Positions 29,801-39,052 of a stretch of 64,000 nucleotides of DNA are shown here, piece after piece. Source of the DNA: Acidimicrobiia bacterium (lineage in GTDB: Bacteria; Actinomycetota; Acidimicrobiia; Spongiisociales; ZC4RG35); NCBI GenBank assembly GCA_965215185.1, contig OZ244034.1:2048001-2112000 (forward strand). Direction: 5' to 3'. The position numbers and the translations under genes are program-made. Within the stretch, counting starts at the first letter, position 1. Each line of letters opens with the position of its first letter. Below the pieces are notes generated by a model. That model searched no databases. It worked only from the letters and a program-made list of their open reading frames with translations, and was not told the DNA's origin.

Positions 29801-30952
29801 AGGGGCCGTCTGGATGAACAGGGTGAGAATCTGGCGCGCACCTTATCGGAGGCGCTGAGTACCCCGGGATTGTGGAAATCTCTCACTGAAGATGCCTATC
29901 CCGCGGAGCAGATGGCCCCACCGATGGGGATACAACGGGTGCTCGCCACCTTGGATGAATATCTCCCCGCCCACTCGGGGGAGCGTGTCGGCGCCGGAGG
30001 GGTCTCCATGTCGGTCATGCGTCGCCGAGACCGGCTCGGGGGTGGATGGGATGTGGAGACCCGGTCGCCGGATGATGCGAACCTTCCCCTCTTGGTTGAG
30101 GTGAACGGTCCGTCAGGGAGGACCACGTTGGCCCGGGCGGTAACCACGGTGCGCCGAGAATACGAGATGGCATCTAGTGCATTGGGGACCGGGCAGGAAG
30201 CGCAGTTGCGCGACCTCCTTCAGGGAGCCATAGCCAAGGAGGTGGCTGAAAGGTCGCATGCCGCCAAGGAATTAGTAGCCAAGATGAGGCGGCACATCCA
30301 GGAACTATCCACCGGCAGTCAGATAGGGGTGGATATCCGGTGGCACATAGACCCGTCCCTTGACGCCGACACCAAGCGCATGGTGGAACTGATGTCTATG
30401 CTCCCTGACACCCGCACCGACGCGGACCATAAGCATCTAACGCTACTACTCAACCAGCACTTGGAGCGGTCCCGGGTCGAATACCCGGAGATCGGATACA
30501 AGCAGGCATTGAGTGAAGCCCTCGACTATAGGAACTGGCACCGCCTGCAAGTGAAGGTCAGGAGGGAGAACGAGCCATACAAGGTACTCGGTCGAAAGAA
30601 CGATCTGTCGGAGGGGGAGAAGAAGTTCGTCACCTACCTCCCACTCTTCGCCGCGGTGGCGGCCTCCTGCGACTCCATCTCGGAGACTTCCGAAGAATAC
30701 GGCATATCCCGTTTCATTCTCCTTGACGACGCCTTCGCCAAGGTTTCGGAGGACAACCACGCTCAATTGTTCGGACTGCTGACGGACCTGGACCTGGACT
30801 GGATAGCCACTAGTGAACGGCTGTGGGGCAACCACGCCACCATTCCCGAATTGGAGATCGTAGAGGTGGTCCGCGACCCCGACTTGAGGACCATCCTCCT
30901 AGAGAAAAACCGGTGGAACGGACGCTCCATAGGTGTACCGTATTATGACTAG
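26888..30952 (+). CDS. jetC: Wadjet type II SMC/MukB-like ATPase JetC (TIGR02680-like)
   Basis: RW...R.G..N..QY, GRLLLRG.NGAGKT (Walker A), long coiled coils around a hinge-like region (EAALEASGLL), LSEGEK signature, FILLDDAF (Walker B), DLD.I.TSE.LWG. Confidence 0.88.
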   Translation: MTTATLIEQKPRILSVKGHDPTPPNRWQLNRGGILNVYQYGDEVLQFGGGRLLLRGTNGAGKTMAMNMLLPFLLVAQLRGLDAAGEQSGTQVLRSWMLDGKERRQPGGYLWLEFRRGNDFFTCGCGLKASKSTGTVNHWWFAVDQRPILDFPLQKDSVPLSEGQLRSLLEGGQVFSERQRPDYRRLINKRLFGGVSTEQHFRLLNRVRNPRVGDRIDIEIPQLLKDALPQLRDRILDTVARSLDDLEERRREVVGLEQTSEALEGVLDVYRSYCFSWIGDARDRGMSHIKEVARIAREQDRRQREVEGAIREVEKLELSIADLDSSILNLSSTIEALMSSHAYRGIQELDTRRQLVANHRRRVGDAEIRVESAEDRVQGDASTLKDRETDARQDLNRVNHGIDGIATIGQRHGVDGDPPSRILLPNAGAELAAGRISEGIDRFDTGIQARKRGVSEVRAELERVRKLEAEMCDIEQMLQDRKAQAEEAWQHARGRAEELEVAALEWVEHSRSWSSQVVAVLGDASPWSTEPAKGASSISTLEEVDAERKMLAGAINDSITTLRKELSLLERELSDIRRSKREAQALADKWANLTEPELPHPAWQSSSDYCLADLIDFSPSLSPAEQAGVEAALEASGLLFARPDAHSVILANGELVAIPSTPSPRPLSQLLSVRISARLRDAVKVDDLENLLGSLSTDPSDTGAAAIISADGTFQVGSLRGRHFKEYPEFIGETTRQRTLERERMDANARLRDIEAEFAKSRGLSDSHKDMVRRLEGIRQDLPVNTEVAEASARLGEAEVGAETKENRLSEQSERMEQSRRVTGAARDRLRATAQGLSLPDDPKGLDQVWGDLELANEHLREVRQLLERLERSVAIRNDAVGRKADSERDMGDAHDALAQHQEDLRSQEGQLSTLEESIGVDAREIADRHRRHQDDLEAKKLKMRQTRKALTDAFRRRADAKAGASAASVERGRLDEQGENLARTLSEALSTPGLWKSLTEDAYPAEQMAPPMGIQRVLATLDEYLPAHSGERVGAGGVSMSVMRRRDRLGGGWDVETRSPDDANLPLLVEVNGPSGRTTLARAVTTVRREYEMASSALGTGQEAQLRDLLQGAIAKEVAERSHAAKELVAKMRRHIQELSTGSQIGVDIRWHIDPSLDADTKRMVELMSMLPDTRTDADHKHLTLLLNQHLERSRVEYPEIGYKQALSEALDYRNWHRLQVKVRRENEPYKVLGRKNDLSEGEKKFVTYLPLFAAVAASCDSISETSEEYGISRFILLDDAFAKVSEDNHAQLFGLLTDLDLDWIATSERLWGNHATIPELEIVEVVRDPDLRTILLEKNRWNGRSIGVPYYD

Positions 30953-32390
30953 CCCCAACCGTGCCAGGGACCTGCTGCGGTACATGACCTCCTCCAAGTG
31001 GGAGGAGTACCGCTCCATCCTCGCGGTGTTCGTAGACCGTCCGGTGCCCGAATTCACTCCAGAGGACATATCTTTGAGGACGGGCATAGACCCAGACACT
31101 GCCCAAGCGAGAATGCAAAACCTCCGAGGATGGGGCAATCTCGCCGAAGCAACTTCCACAAAGAACCCCACCAGTCTCGAAGACTATTATCGCCGGAGCA
31201 GGACCTACCTGATCACCACCTCCGGGCAGGACACCTTTGCGGCGGTCGAAAATGTGCTCGCCAAGGTCGGACGGGTCGATGACCTGCAGCCCGGACGACT
31301 CCGCACCCTGCGAGTCCACTTGGAGAATCTGATCTCGGAATTGGAGAGGGGTGCTGATCCATCCGACACCGTACAGGCTGTATTCGACACGCACCTCCTG
31401 TTCGCCGGCCAACTCAGGAACTTTTCAGCGGAACTCAATGTCTGGCAGAGGCGTTACGACCTCGATGTGGAAGAGGTGCCCATTTTGGCGGACGTGCTGA
31501 TCGGTTACTTCACCCAGCGACTTCAGGAGATTGACCGCGAGGTGCCGCGGGTTTCGCAGAAACTGGAACACCTACAGCCCTTCTTGCCGAAACTGGTGGC
31601 CCGGATGGGGCGGTCCGGCCTGGCGGCGCGGGTGGCCAGCGCCGGATTGGAAAGCGAGATATCCGTGCAGAGGAGGAGGGGCACGAAGATCGAGGATTGG
31701 ATGGACTTGCGATCATGGTTCGTGTCCTCGCGCCGATCTTCGGAGATGGGTCGCATCACCGACCAGGCCTTATTGGCGGTCAATACCCTCACCGCCAACC
31801 TGATTCGCTTCTCTCGAAGCGGCTCGGCGGAGGCCTCGCGCCGCGCTGATTTCCTGCGCCTTGCGGGATTCTTCCACCACTCGGCCACTGATGATCAGGC
31901 TCACTACATAGCGGGAGCGGCTTTCGGCTTGGGTTCGTGCAGGCATCTGGGCTATCCGTCGTCGGACATCGATGACCCCTGCCCGATCACCACTCCTTGG
32001 AGAGATGCCCCCAAGGCCGCGGTCCCTGTGTCCCTGCGGAAGCGGGGCGACATCACCCAGCGGGGTGGCATGTCCCGGATAAGAGACCGCAAGGAAGAGC
32101 AGCGACACATGAGGGATATCCGGCAAAGGGCTCACGCCTCCCGCCAGAAGGCGATCTCCGAACTGACCGATATGGCCGATAGCGGGGATTTGGCTGGGCG
32201 CAGCCTTTCCACAGAAGCCTCCCAACTGCTACTCAACATGATCTCCAACGCGACCTCGGGGAGTTACGCCGACTACGGCATCCGGTGCGAAATCCGCAGG
32301 GACAGCAACTCCCGAACGACCATCGAAACCACCGAGGGGTGGATGATCATCCGGGATCGGACGGTGGCGCTGGTCAGTGAGGAGGCATGA
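30945..32390 (+). CDS. jetA: Wadjet type II kleisin JetA (TIGR02677/DUF2397-like)
   Basis: L.RY......EYR.I..VF, L..WGNL, DYYRR...Y..T..G, W..L..WF, SRR.DF.RLA.FF, AFGL...RHL, W..AP...VPVSLR..G; overlaps the jetC stop. Confidence 0.82.
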   Translation: MTSPNRARDLLRYMTSSKWEEYRSILAVFVDRPVPEFTPEDISLRTGIDPDTAQARMQNLRGWGNLAEATSTKNPTSLEDYYRRSRTYLITTSGQDTFAAVENVLAKVGRVDDLQPGRLRTLRVHLENLISELERGADPSDTVQAVFDTHLLFAGQLRNFSAELNVWQRRYDLDVEEVPILADVLIGYFTQRLQEIDREVPRVSQKLEHLQPFLPKLVARMGRSGLAARVASAGLESEISVQRRRGTKIEDWMDLRSWFVSSRRSSEMGRITDQALLAVNTLTANLIRFSRSGSAEASRRADFLRLAGFFHHSATDDQAHYIAGAAFGLGSCRHLGYPSSDIDDPCPITTPWRDAPKAAVPVSLRKRGDITQRGGMSRIRDRKEEQRHMRDIRQRAHASRQKAISELTDMADSGDLAGRSLSTEASQLLLNMISNATSGSYADYGIRCEIRRDSNSRTTIETTEGWMIIRDRTVALVSEEA

Positions 32391-33484
32391 CCAACGCTCG
32401 GGTATCCGAACTGAGAGAGGTCGCCCGCCATCTAGTGCGGCATCCTCTGGTCAACATCGAGGATGACCCTGACATGTTCACTCTGATCCGCCGACACGCC
32501 CAGGAACTGAATCGGAGCTTCAGTCAGCGCTTCGGCTACCGGCTGGTGGTGAACCTGGACACCGCCCGTCTCTACAAGTCCACGGTGGTCACCCGCAGGC
32601 CCTTCACCGCAGGAGCAAACAAGAGGGATTTCAAGCCCCGGGAATACACGATGCTGGCACTGGGACTGGCTGTCATGACATCCGGACAGAAGGTGATCAG
32701 CCTCCAGGAACTGGTGGGCGACATGCGATCAGCGGCTGTCGAGGCCGAGGTTGACCAAATAGATGACTCCCATTCAGACCGGAGCGCGGTGGTGGCGGCG
32801 CTGCGGTGGCTGATATCCCGCGGCGTGGTGGAGGAGAGCCATAAGAGCGTGGGGGGCTATATCGGAGATTCTTCCGCTGATGCGATACTGACGATCCACT
32901 ACGACCGGGGCAAGCTCCTGCCCCTACTGGCGCTCTCATCCTCCGAGTCGGTGGGCCAACTGCTGGACAGGTCCGGCCAGAGTCCGAAGGCGCGAGTGCG
33001 GTCCTTTCTCCTGGAGGAGCCTGCGGTATACCGCGAGGATCTCACCGAGTCCGAGTGGCGGGAGTATCGGCACTACCGCTATCGGGAGGAGCCGATTTTC
33101 GAGGAGATGTTCGGCATGACCATCGAGACCCGCGCTGAGGGCATGGTGGCCATAGATGAGGATGGGGGGATGACGGATGAACACTTCCCTCGTGGCGGAG
33201 GAACGATACCCCAGGCCGCTTTACTCCTAGTCAGCCAACTCGCCGGTACCGACCGAGAAGATTTCGAGTGGAAAGAGATCGTGGAGACGGTGCGCCACCT
33301 CGCCAAACAACACCGGCACTACTGGTCGGCACTGGCCCGCGAACCCGAACAGTTGGCCCACCGCGCCGTAAAGGTACTCGCGGGTCACAGACTGGTTGAA
33401 AGCGCTGGCGGCACGGTGCGACTCCAGCCTGCCGCGTGGAGATATGCGGTTGAAGTCGCCTGTGAGCAAACCCCTCTGCTATGA
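32387..33484 (+). CDS. jetB: Wadjet type II JetB (TIGR02678/DUF2398-like)
   Basis: ARHL...P, F.L.RRH...L...F...GYRL.V....ARL.K, R.A.V.ALRWL...GV, L.E.P.VY..DL, E.RAEG...ID....TD..FP, P...RY; ATGA overlap. Confidence 0.82.
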   Translation: MTNARVSELREVARHLVRHPLVNIEDDPDMFTLIRRHAQELNRSFSQRFGYRLVVNLDTARLYKSTVVTRRPFTAGANKRDFKPREYTMLALGLAVMTSGQKVISLQELVGDMRSAAVEAEVDQIDDSHSDRSAVVAALRWLISRGVVEESHKSVGGYIGDSSADAILTIHYDRGKLLPLLALSSSESVGQLLDRSGQSPKARVRSFLLEEPAVYREDLTESEWREYRHYRYREEPIFEEMFGMTIETRAEGMVAIDEDGGMTDEHFPRGGGTIPQAALLLVSQLAGTDREDFEWKEIVETVRHLAKQHRHYWSALAREPEQLAHRAVKVLAGHRLVESAGGTVRLQPAAWRYAVEVACEQTPLL

Positions 33485-34716
33485 TCCCCGACTCGTTGCG
33501 GGACCCTCAAATGTCGCCGGTATGGGCAGCGGCCCGGGCGCGACTCGACCGGGACGATCAGGTTCAGAGCCGGTTCATTCAACCCGAACTCAATCCCCAC
33601 AACCGCCACTGCCTCACCGGACTGCTCGGCCGGGAACCGACCAAGAGAATCGCCCTCGCGGCCATCGAGAGTGCCCTGGTTGAGCGTGGAATCGGGCACG
33701 ACCTAGACGAGGCGCTCAGTCGGCTCGGATATCCTCCCTCTCCAAAGGCGGTCGAGAGGATGGCCGAGAATGCTCGCATCTCCGGGGTCCGGGATGCGAT
33801 CAATACCCAAACCGCCTCATGGCCAGAACCGTGGGGCGGACAGTGGGCCAAAACCGTCATGAGGTCGGGGTTGCTGTCGGATGTTGGGGGAGAGGAAACC
33901 TCGCGTCTGGCCCATCGCGTGCGGATGATCCTCGATCTCCTCGATGACAACCCCGATGCTGTTTTTAGTCGTTGCGAGTTGGCTGCTCGCCTGTACGGGT
34001 CCTCGCATGCCCTAGATGGAAACCAAAAACTCTACCGTCTTGTGGAGCACGCTTTGAGGTTGCGATCCGAACGGACGGATCTAAGCGGACGAAAACTGTT
34101 TGAGCATGTCGGCATCGAGCACTCCTTGGTTGGAGCCCCCGTGCTGACATGGGCAGTCCCCGCGATCGGGGACACCCCGTTGGACAGGCAGATACGCGTA
34201 GCCAACCAAGGGGGTACCCCGCTTCACATCAACCTGTACACCTTGCGAAAATATAGAGTGAGCGTCCCCTCGGGTACAAAGGTATTGGTCGTAGAGAATC
34301 CCCGCTTAGTTGAAGCCGCCGCACAGAGACACCTCTCCGCATGCGTAATAGCGTCTAGCGGAACGCCGACCACCGCGGTCACCACGCTGTTGCGACAGAT
34401 AGCCGATTCCGATGCTGGAATATGGTTTCATACCGACTTCGACAAGGGGGGATTCCGGATAGGCAATTTCTGGCATGCGAGTGGATACGAACCCTGGATG
34501 ATGGCGCACACCGACTACCTCAGTGCAGTGAGCGCATCTGCGAGAGCGGGGCTAAACCTTCCCGTTGACACCACCCCAGAATCGTGTGGAGAACCCGCAT
34601 GGGACCGGAGTCTACGACCCGCCTACCAGGTCGAGTGCTTGGAGGTACACGAGGAAGTCGTTTCCGATGCCGTACTTGACGGGTTTGCTGATCACTTCCC
34701 TGCCGTTCCTTTTTAG
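33481..34716 (+). CDS. jetD: Wadjet type II TOPRIM nuclease JetD (TIGR02679/DUF2399-like)
   Basis: ELAA...G.SHALD, V.VVENP...EAAA, H.DFD..G..I (TOPRIM DxD), PW.M...DY, WD..L.......HEE; ATGA overlap. Confidence 0.85.
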   Translation: MIPDSLRDPQMSPVWAAARARLDRDDQVQSRFIQPELNPHNRHCLTGLLGREPTKRIALAAIESALVERGIGHDLDEALSRLGYPPSPKAVERMAENARISGVRDAINTQTASWPEPWGGQWAKTVMRSGLLSDVGGEETSRLAHRVRMILDLLDDNPDAVFSRCELAARLYGSSHALDGNQKLYRLVEHALRLRSERTDLSGRKLFEHVGIEHSLVGAPVLTWAVPAIGDTPLDRQIRVANQGGTPLHINLYTLRKYRVSVPSGTKVLVVENPRLVEAAAQRHLSACVIASSGTPTTAVTTLLRQIADSDAGIWFHTDFDKGGFRIGNFWHASGYEPWMMAHTDYLSAVSASARAGLNLPVDTTPESCGEPAWDRSLRPAYQVECLEVHEEVVSDAVLDGFADHFPAVPF

Positions 34717-34730
34717 ATAGATGGTTATTC

Positions 34731-34949
34731 CTATCCCCAGCGTCCCGAACGATCCTGAACGCCTGTACTTCCCACCACTCCGGGTTCCGCCCAGACGGTC
34801 ATAACGCCCACATGTGAACACTCGCGCCGGTCGCGTGCGCTGTGACTGACCGCTTCATGGTCATAGTTGTCCATGTTGTCATACGCCGCGTTCCCATCGG
34901 TAAACACGGAGGCTCCCCCTTTCACCCATGATCGCACAAATCCCTGCAA
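34731..34949 (-). pseudogene. IS1595-family transposase fragment
   Basis: LQGFV...V..GA.VFTDG.AAY..M..Y.HEAVSHS matches the ISXO2-like DDE segment (TD...Y...H..V.HS); rest deleted. Confidence 0.8.
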
Positions 34950-35042
34950 AGTACGGGTGGTCGGGACAAATCCAAGTTCAAATCCGTGTGTAGGATCGTA
35001 TATAGGTCCCTTATTAAAGACTTACGAATAACTGTGAGAACC

Positions 35043-37484
35043 CTAGCCGCGGGTGCGGGGAGTGTAGAAGGACCTGAGCGAGGCGGTAGCGGGAATCCGC
35101 ACCCCTGCCACTTCGATCTCGTACTCCCCGGCCTCGAGCCAGGCCTTGTCGATGCCGTCGGGGTGCACCAGGTATCCCATGGCCAGGCACCGATCCTCGA
35201 TATAGCTCCACATGCCCGAGGTGGTGCGACCTAGGATCTCTCCGTTCCGGAAGATGGGCTCGTCGTGATAGAGGAGTCGGTCTGGGTCCTCCAGGCGGAA
35301 CTGGATCAAGCGCTTGGAGAGGCGGCGTCCCCGCTGGGATTCCAGGGCCTCCTTGCCGCAGAACCCGCTGGGCTTGCTCCAGTCCACCGCGAATCCGAGG
35401 CCGGCCTCCAGCGGAGTGTCCTCGTCGGTGATGTCATGTCCCCAGTGGCGGTAGCCCGCCTCCAACCGGAGGGAGTTCATGGCGTGGAAACCAGCGTGGC
35501 GAAGCCCGTGGACGGCGCCTTCAGCCACAACCGCGTCGTGGAGCGCTACCGCCCCGTCCTCGGGAACGTACAACTCCCAACCCAACTCGCCCACGTAGCT
35601 CACCCGCATGGCCAGCACCCGGTGACCGGCCACCTTGATCTCCTGGTAAGTGCCGAAAGGAAAGGCCTCGTCCGAAAGATCGGCCTCGGTGAGAGCCGAC
35701 AGGAGGTCTCTCGACCGGGGACCCATGACTCCCAGGACCGTCAAGGCAGCCGTGACGTCACGGATCTTCACGGCGTGGCTCCGGGCGGCCCGGCGGAGGT
35801 GCGCCCAGTCCCGGGTGGGCGCGCCGGAGCCGGAAACCACCAGGAAGCGTTCTTCGGAGAGCCTGGTAACCGTCAGATCGGCCTCTATCCCGCCGCGAGG
35901 ATTCAGCCACTGCGTGTAGACAACTTTGCCCCGGGGACCGGGGACCCGGCCGGCCGAGATCCAGCCCAACAGCCGGGCGGCGTCGGGACCCTCCACCTCG
36001 TACTTGACAAAGGACGTCTGATCGAAGAGGCCGACCGCCCGGCGAACGGCCAAGCACTCCTCGCCCGACGCCTCCCACCAGTTCTGCTTGCCATAGGAGT
36101 AGCGGTAGCGACGCTCCATGCCTTCGGTGGCATACCAGTTGGGCCGCTCCCAGCCGGACATCTCCCCGAAGACCGCTCCGGCCCCGGCCAGCCGATCGTG
36201 GAGTGGCGAGCGCTTCACATCCCGGGCACTCTCGTACTGGAAGAATGGCCAGTGCATGGCATAGAGAAGACCCAGGCTCTCCGATATCCGCTCTTTCAAG
36301 AATCCCGGGTCGGTCTGATGGGGCTGGGCTCGGCGAATATCCACCGGCCAAAGGTCACGGGGAGGATGGCCGTCTATGATCCAATCAGCCAAAACCCACC
36401 CCACTCCTCCGGCCGATTGAATGCCAACCGAGTTGAATCCGGCCGCCACGAAACACCGGTCCACCTCGGGAGACTCCCCCAGGTAGTAGACCCCATCGGG
36501 CGTGAAAGCCTCCGGGCCGTTGAAGAAGAGCTGTATCCCCACCTCACCCAGGGCGGGGACCCGGTGGATGGAACGCTCAAAGATCGGCCCCACATGCTCC
36601 CAGTCCTCGGGAAGCCGCCCGAAGCTGAAGTCTCGGGGGACCTCGTTGAGATTCCAAACCTTGCCACGCGGTTCGAAGAAACCGGCCATGATTTTGCCGG
36701 TCTCCTCCTTGAAATACGTGTAGTTGGTGGGATCCCGTAAGGTGGGCATCCCTGGCGGCACTCCATCGAGAGGCTCGGTCACCAAGTAGAAGTGCTCACA
36801 GGCCTGTAGCGGCACCCGCACCCCGGCGGTAGCGGCCAACTGGCGGGTCCAGATTCCCGCCGCCAGCACCACTGCCTCGCACTCCACATACCCTTGCTCG
36901 GTCTCCACTCCCACCACCCGCCCGTTCCTGACCCGCAGCGATTCCACCGCCACCCCCTCTCTGATCCGAACTCCCCGATCTTTGGCGCCCTTGGCTAGGG
37001 ACATGGTGGTGTCCACCGGACTGGTCTGCCCGTCATGGGGAATCCAAGCCGCCCCCACCAGATCGTCGGTGCGTACCAGCGGCCATCGTTCCCGCAGTTC
37101 GTCGAAGTCCATCTGGCGCATCTCCACTCCCACAGTTCGGGCCATGGAGAGCCCCCGCATGATCTCCTCCCACCGTTGGTGGTCAGACGCCACCGATATG
37201 GAACCCACCGCCCGGTAACCGGTGGCCTGCCCAGTTTCGGCTTCCAGTTCTTGAAAGAGTCGCGCCGAGTAGGTAGCCAAGCGGGTGAGGCTGTGGGATG
37301 ATTTCAGTTGGCTGACCAGCCCAGCCGCATGCCAAGTGGTCCCACCGGTGAGTTTTCCCTGCTCCATCAGCAGCACATCGGTCACCCCGCGGCGGGCCAG
37401 ATGATAGGCGACGCTGCATCCAACGATCCCCCCGCCCACTACCACCACTTGGGCCCGGGAGGGCAGCACACCGGCGCCCGCCAT
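35043..37484 (-). CDS. GcvT-family FAD-dependent amine dehydrogenase (sarcosine/dimethylglycine dehydrogenase-like)
   Basis: GGG..G.S.AYHL, GTTWHAAG, NGPE.FTPD, GWERPNW, SYVGELGWEL, SLRLE.GYR.WG.DI. Confidence 0.92.
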   Translation of the reverse strand: MAGAGVLPSRAQVVVVGGGIVGCSVAYHLARRGVTDVLLMEQGKLTGGTTWHAAGLVSQLKSSHSLTRLATYSARLFQELEAETGQATGYRAVGSISVASDHQRWEEIMRGLSMARTVGVEMRQMDFDELRERWPLVRTDDLVGAAWIPHDGQTSPVDTTMSLAKGAKDRGVRIREGVAVESLRVRNGRVVGVETEQGYVECEAVVLAAGIWTRQLAATAGVRVPLQACEHFYLVTEPLDGVPPGMPTLRDPTNYTYFKEETGKIMAGFFEPRGKVWNLNEVPRDFSFGRLPEDWEHVGPIFERSIHRVPALGEVGIQLFFNGPEAFTPDGVYYLGESPEVDRCFVAAGFNSVGIQSAGGVGWVLADWIIDGHPPRDLWPVDIRRAQPHQTDPGFLKERISESLGLLYAMHWPFFQYESARDVKRSPLHDRLAGAGAVFGEMSGWERPNWYATEGMERRYRYSYGKQNWWEASGEECLAVRRAVGLFDQTSFVKYEVEGPDAARLLGWISAGRVPGPRGKVVYTQWLNPRGGIEADLTVTRLSEERFLVVSGSGAPTRDWAHLRRAARSHAVKIRDVTAALTVLGVMGPRSRDLLSALTEADLSDEAFPFGTYQEIKVAGHRVLAMRVSYVGELGWELYVPEDGAVALHDAVVAEGAVHGLRHAGFHAMNSLRLEAGYRHWGHDITDEDTPLEAGLGFAVDWSKPSGFCGKEALESQRGRRLSKRLIQFRLEDPDRLLYHDEPIFRNGEILGRTTSGMWSYIEDRCLAMGYLVHPDGIDKAWLEAGEYEIEVAGVRIPATASLRSFYTPRTRG

Positions 37485-37501
37485 GGGCTCCGGGGGCGAA
37501 A

Positions 37502-39052
37502 TCAGCCGCCCCTCACCGATTCGACCGGAAGCCTGATGGGAAACCGCTCTCTCAACATCTCGTCCACCTCGGGGGGGACGTGACTGGGAAAGTGGCTGGC
37601 CAGCGTCTCAATGACGTATTCATGCGCGCGGTCGGAGGCCGAAAGTTTGCCTGCGTCGCTCCAGTCGTCGGGGCTGAGTCGGTCCCCTATCTTCGGGTAC
37701 AGGTACTCCCGTTGCATCACCCGAAGCGTCTGTTCGTGTCCGAGAAAATGCCCCTCTCCGGAAATCACCTCCTTGACCACCTGGGTGGCCAAGCTGTCCG
37801 GGTTGACCTCTATGCCCCGAACCGTCCGGTTGACCGCCCCCAGCAAATCGTTGTCGACCACCATCATCTCCAGTGAACAGGCCAGAAGCGAAGCCATCAT
37901 CCCCGCCGATTCGTAAACCAGATTGGCCCCGGCCAGAGCGGCCAAGGCCACAGTGAGGCCCTTTTCGTGTCCGGCTTGGGCGTCGACCAGCTTAGAGTCG
38001 CTCATCCCCGCCGGAACCCCCGAGGGAAGTCCCAGCCAATTGGCGAGTTGCGCTCCGCCCGCGGACAGCACCGCCTCCTCCCCACTGCCTCCGGTCATGG
38101 CGCCGGTGCGCAGATCGGAGACGAATGGCCACAGCCCCATAACGCAGGGGTGTCCCGGCGACATCATGTTGATGCAGGTCAGGGCGGCCAGGCACTCCGC
38201 CAAGGCTTGGACCAGCGACCCGGCTAGCGTGGCAGGGGAAGTTGCCCCGGCCTGACCGGCGGACAACAGATTGATGGGCATTCCGGTCCTCACCTGCGCC
38301 ACCATGCCTTCCGCCGTCTCCTTGGCAAACCGCAGCGGAGGAACCACAAAGGTGCTGTTGGCCACAATGAAGGGGCGCTTCCGGAACTCACCGGGTCCGC
38401 CCATCACCATGTCACACATCTCGACCACCTCATAGACGTGAGCGGCTTGGAAGAACGAGGTCCCGATCGGCTTGGTAGTGCCCATCATGGTGGCATAGGC
38501 GGTGTTGATGTCCACCTCCCTGGCCCCGTCCACTTCGCGGGTGACAACCGGTCGCACGAAAAAGTGGATGTGTTCGAGGGTGTCGGCCAGGCGAGACAGA
38601 TCGTAGAGGTCCTGAGTAGTGGAATGCCGATACGACTGGGTTAGATGGTCGAGAATGAGAACCGCGGCCCCCGCGGTCCCAAAATGCACCTTCTGGTCAG
38701 AAAGCTCAATGGAGCGACTCTCATCGAGGCCGTGCCATACCCACGACTTGGCGGCCACCTCGATCGCTCGTTCCACCAGCGACCTCGGAAACCGCAGCCG
38801 TCCATCGTCGTCAACCCACCCGCCGTTGGCCACCACCGCCTCTATGAACTCAGGGATCGGATCACCCATCCCCACCTCCTCCAACAGATCCAAGGAGGCC
38901 CCGTATACGCTCTCCATATCCGATTGGGACAGCGGTTGGTAAGCGCCACCCGACTGGCCCGGCCTCACCGGACGATCAACCTTCTTCAGCCCAGCGGCGC
39001 GGGCGGCGACCCGAGCCGCCCTTCCTCCTGACCGGCGACTGCCCCGCCCCAT
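37502..39052 (-). CDS. Trimethylamine methyltransferase (MttB superfamily), non-pyrrolysine
   Basis: FGTAGAAV, SP/PLRF region, AGATSPATLAG.LVQ..AE, SDLRTG...GG..E, DSK..DAQAG.E, GHFLG..QT; no in-frame amber. Confidence 0.9.
   Translation of the reverse strand: MGRGSRRSGGRAARVAARAAGLKKVDRPVRPGQSGGAYQPLSQSDMESVYGASLDLLEEVGMGDPIPEFIEAVVANGGWVDDDGRLRFPRSLVERAIEVAAKSWVWHGLDESRSIELSDQKVHFGTAGAAVLILDHLTQSYRHSTTQDLYDLSRLADTLEHIHFFVRPVVTREVDGAREVDINTAYATMMGTTKPIGTSFFQAAHVYEVVEMCDMVMGGPGEFRKRPFIVANSTFVVPPLRFAKETAEGMVAQVRTGMPINLLSAGQAGATSPATLAGSLVQALAECLAALTCINMMSPGHPCVMGLWPFVSDLRTGAMTGGSGEEAVLSAGGAQLANWLGLPSGVPAGMSDSKLVDAQAGHEKGLTVALAALAGANLVYESAGMMASLLACSLEMMVVDNDLLGAVNRTVRGIEVNPDSLATQVVKEVISGEGHFLGHEQTLRVMQREYLYPKIGDRLSPDDWSDAGKLSASDRAHEYVIETLASHFPSHVPPEVDEMLRERFPIRLPVESVRGG

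Larger units (their letters stand above)
26718..35010. mobile_element. IS1595-derived non-autonomous cargo transposon carrying Wadjet type II
   Basis: Left end GGGCTTATATACGATCCTACACAC (26718-26741). Right end GTGTGTAGGATCGTATATAGGTCCC (34986-35010). Direct repeat TTATTAAA at 26710-26717 and 35011-35018. IS1595 transposase stub inside the right end. Confidence 0.88.

Noticed and set aside
35265-36740. Long antisense ORFs (also 2346..3650, 40264..41136, 44180..45043, 62076..62888 and others)
   Set aside because: Shadows of well-supported genes on the opposite strand in GC-rich DNA; no family motifs.
37502-39052. Pyrrolysine recoding in MttB
   Set aside because: The ORF is full length with no in-frame TAG.
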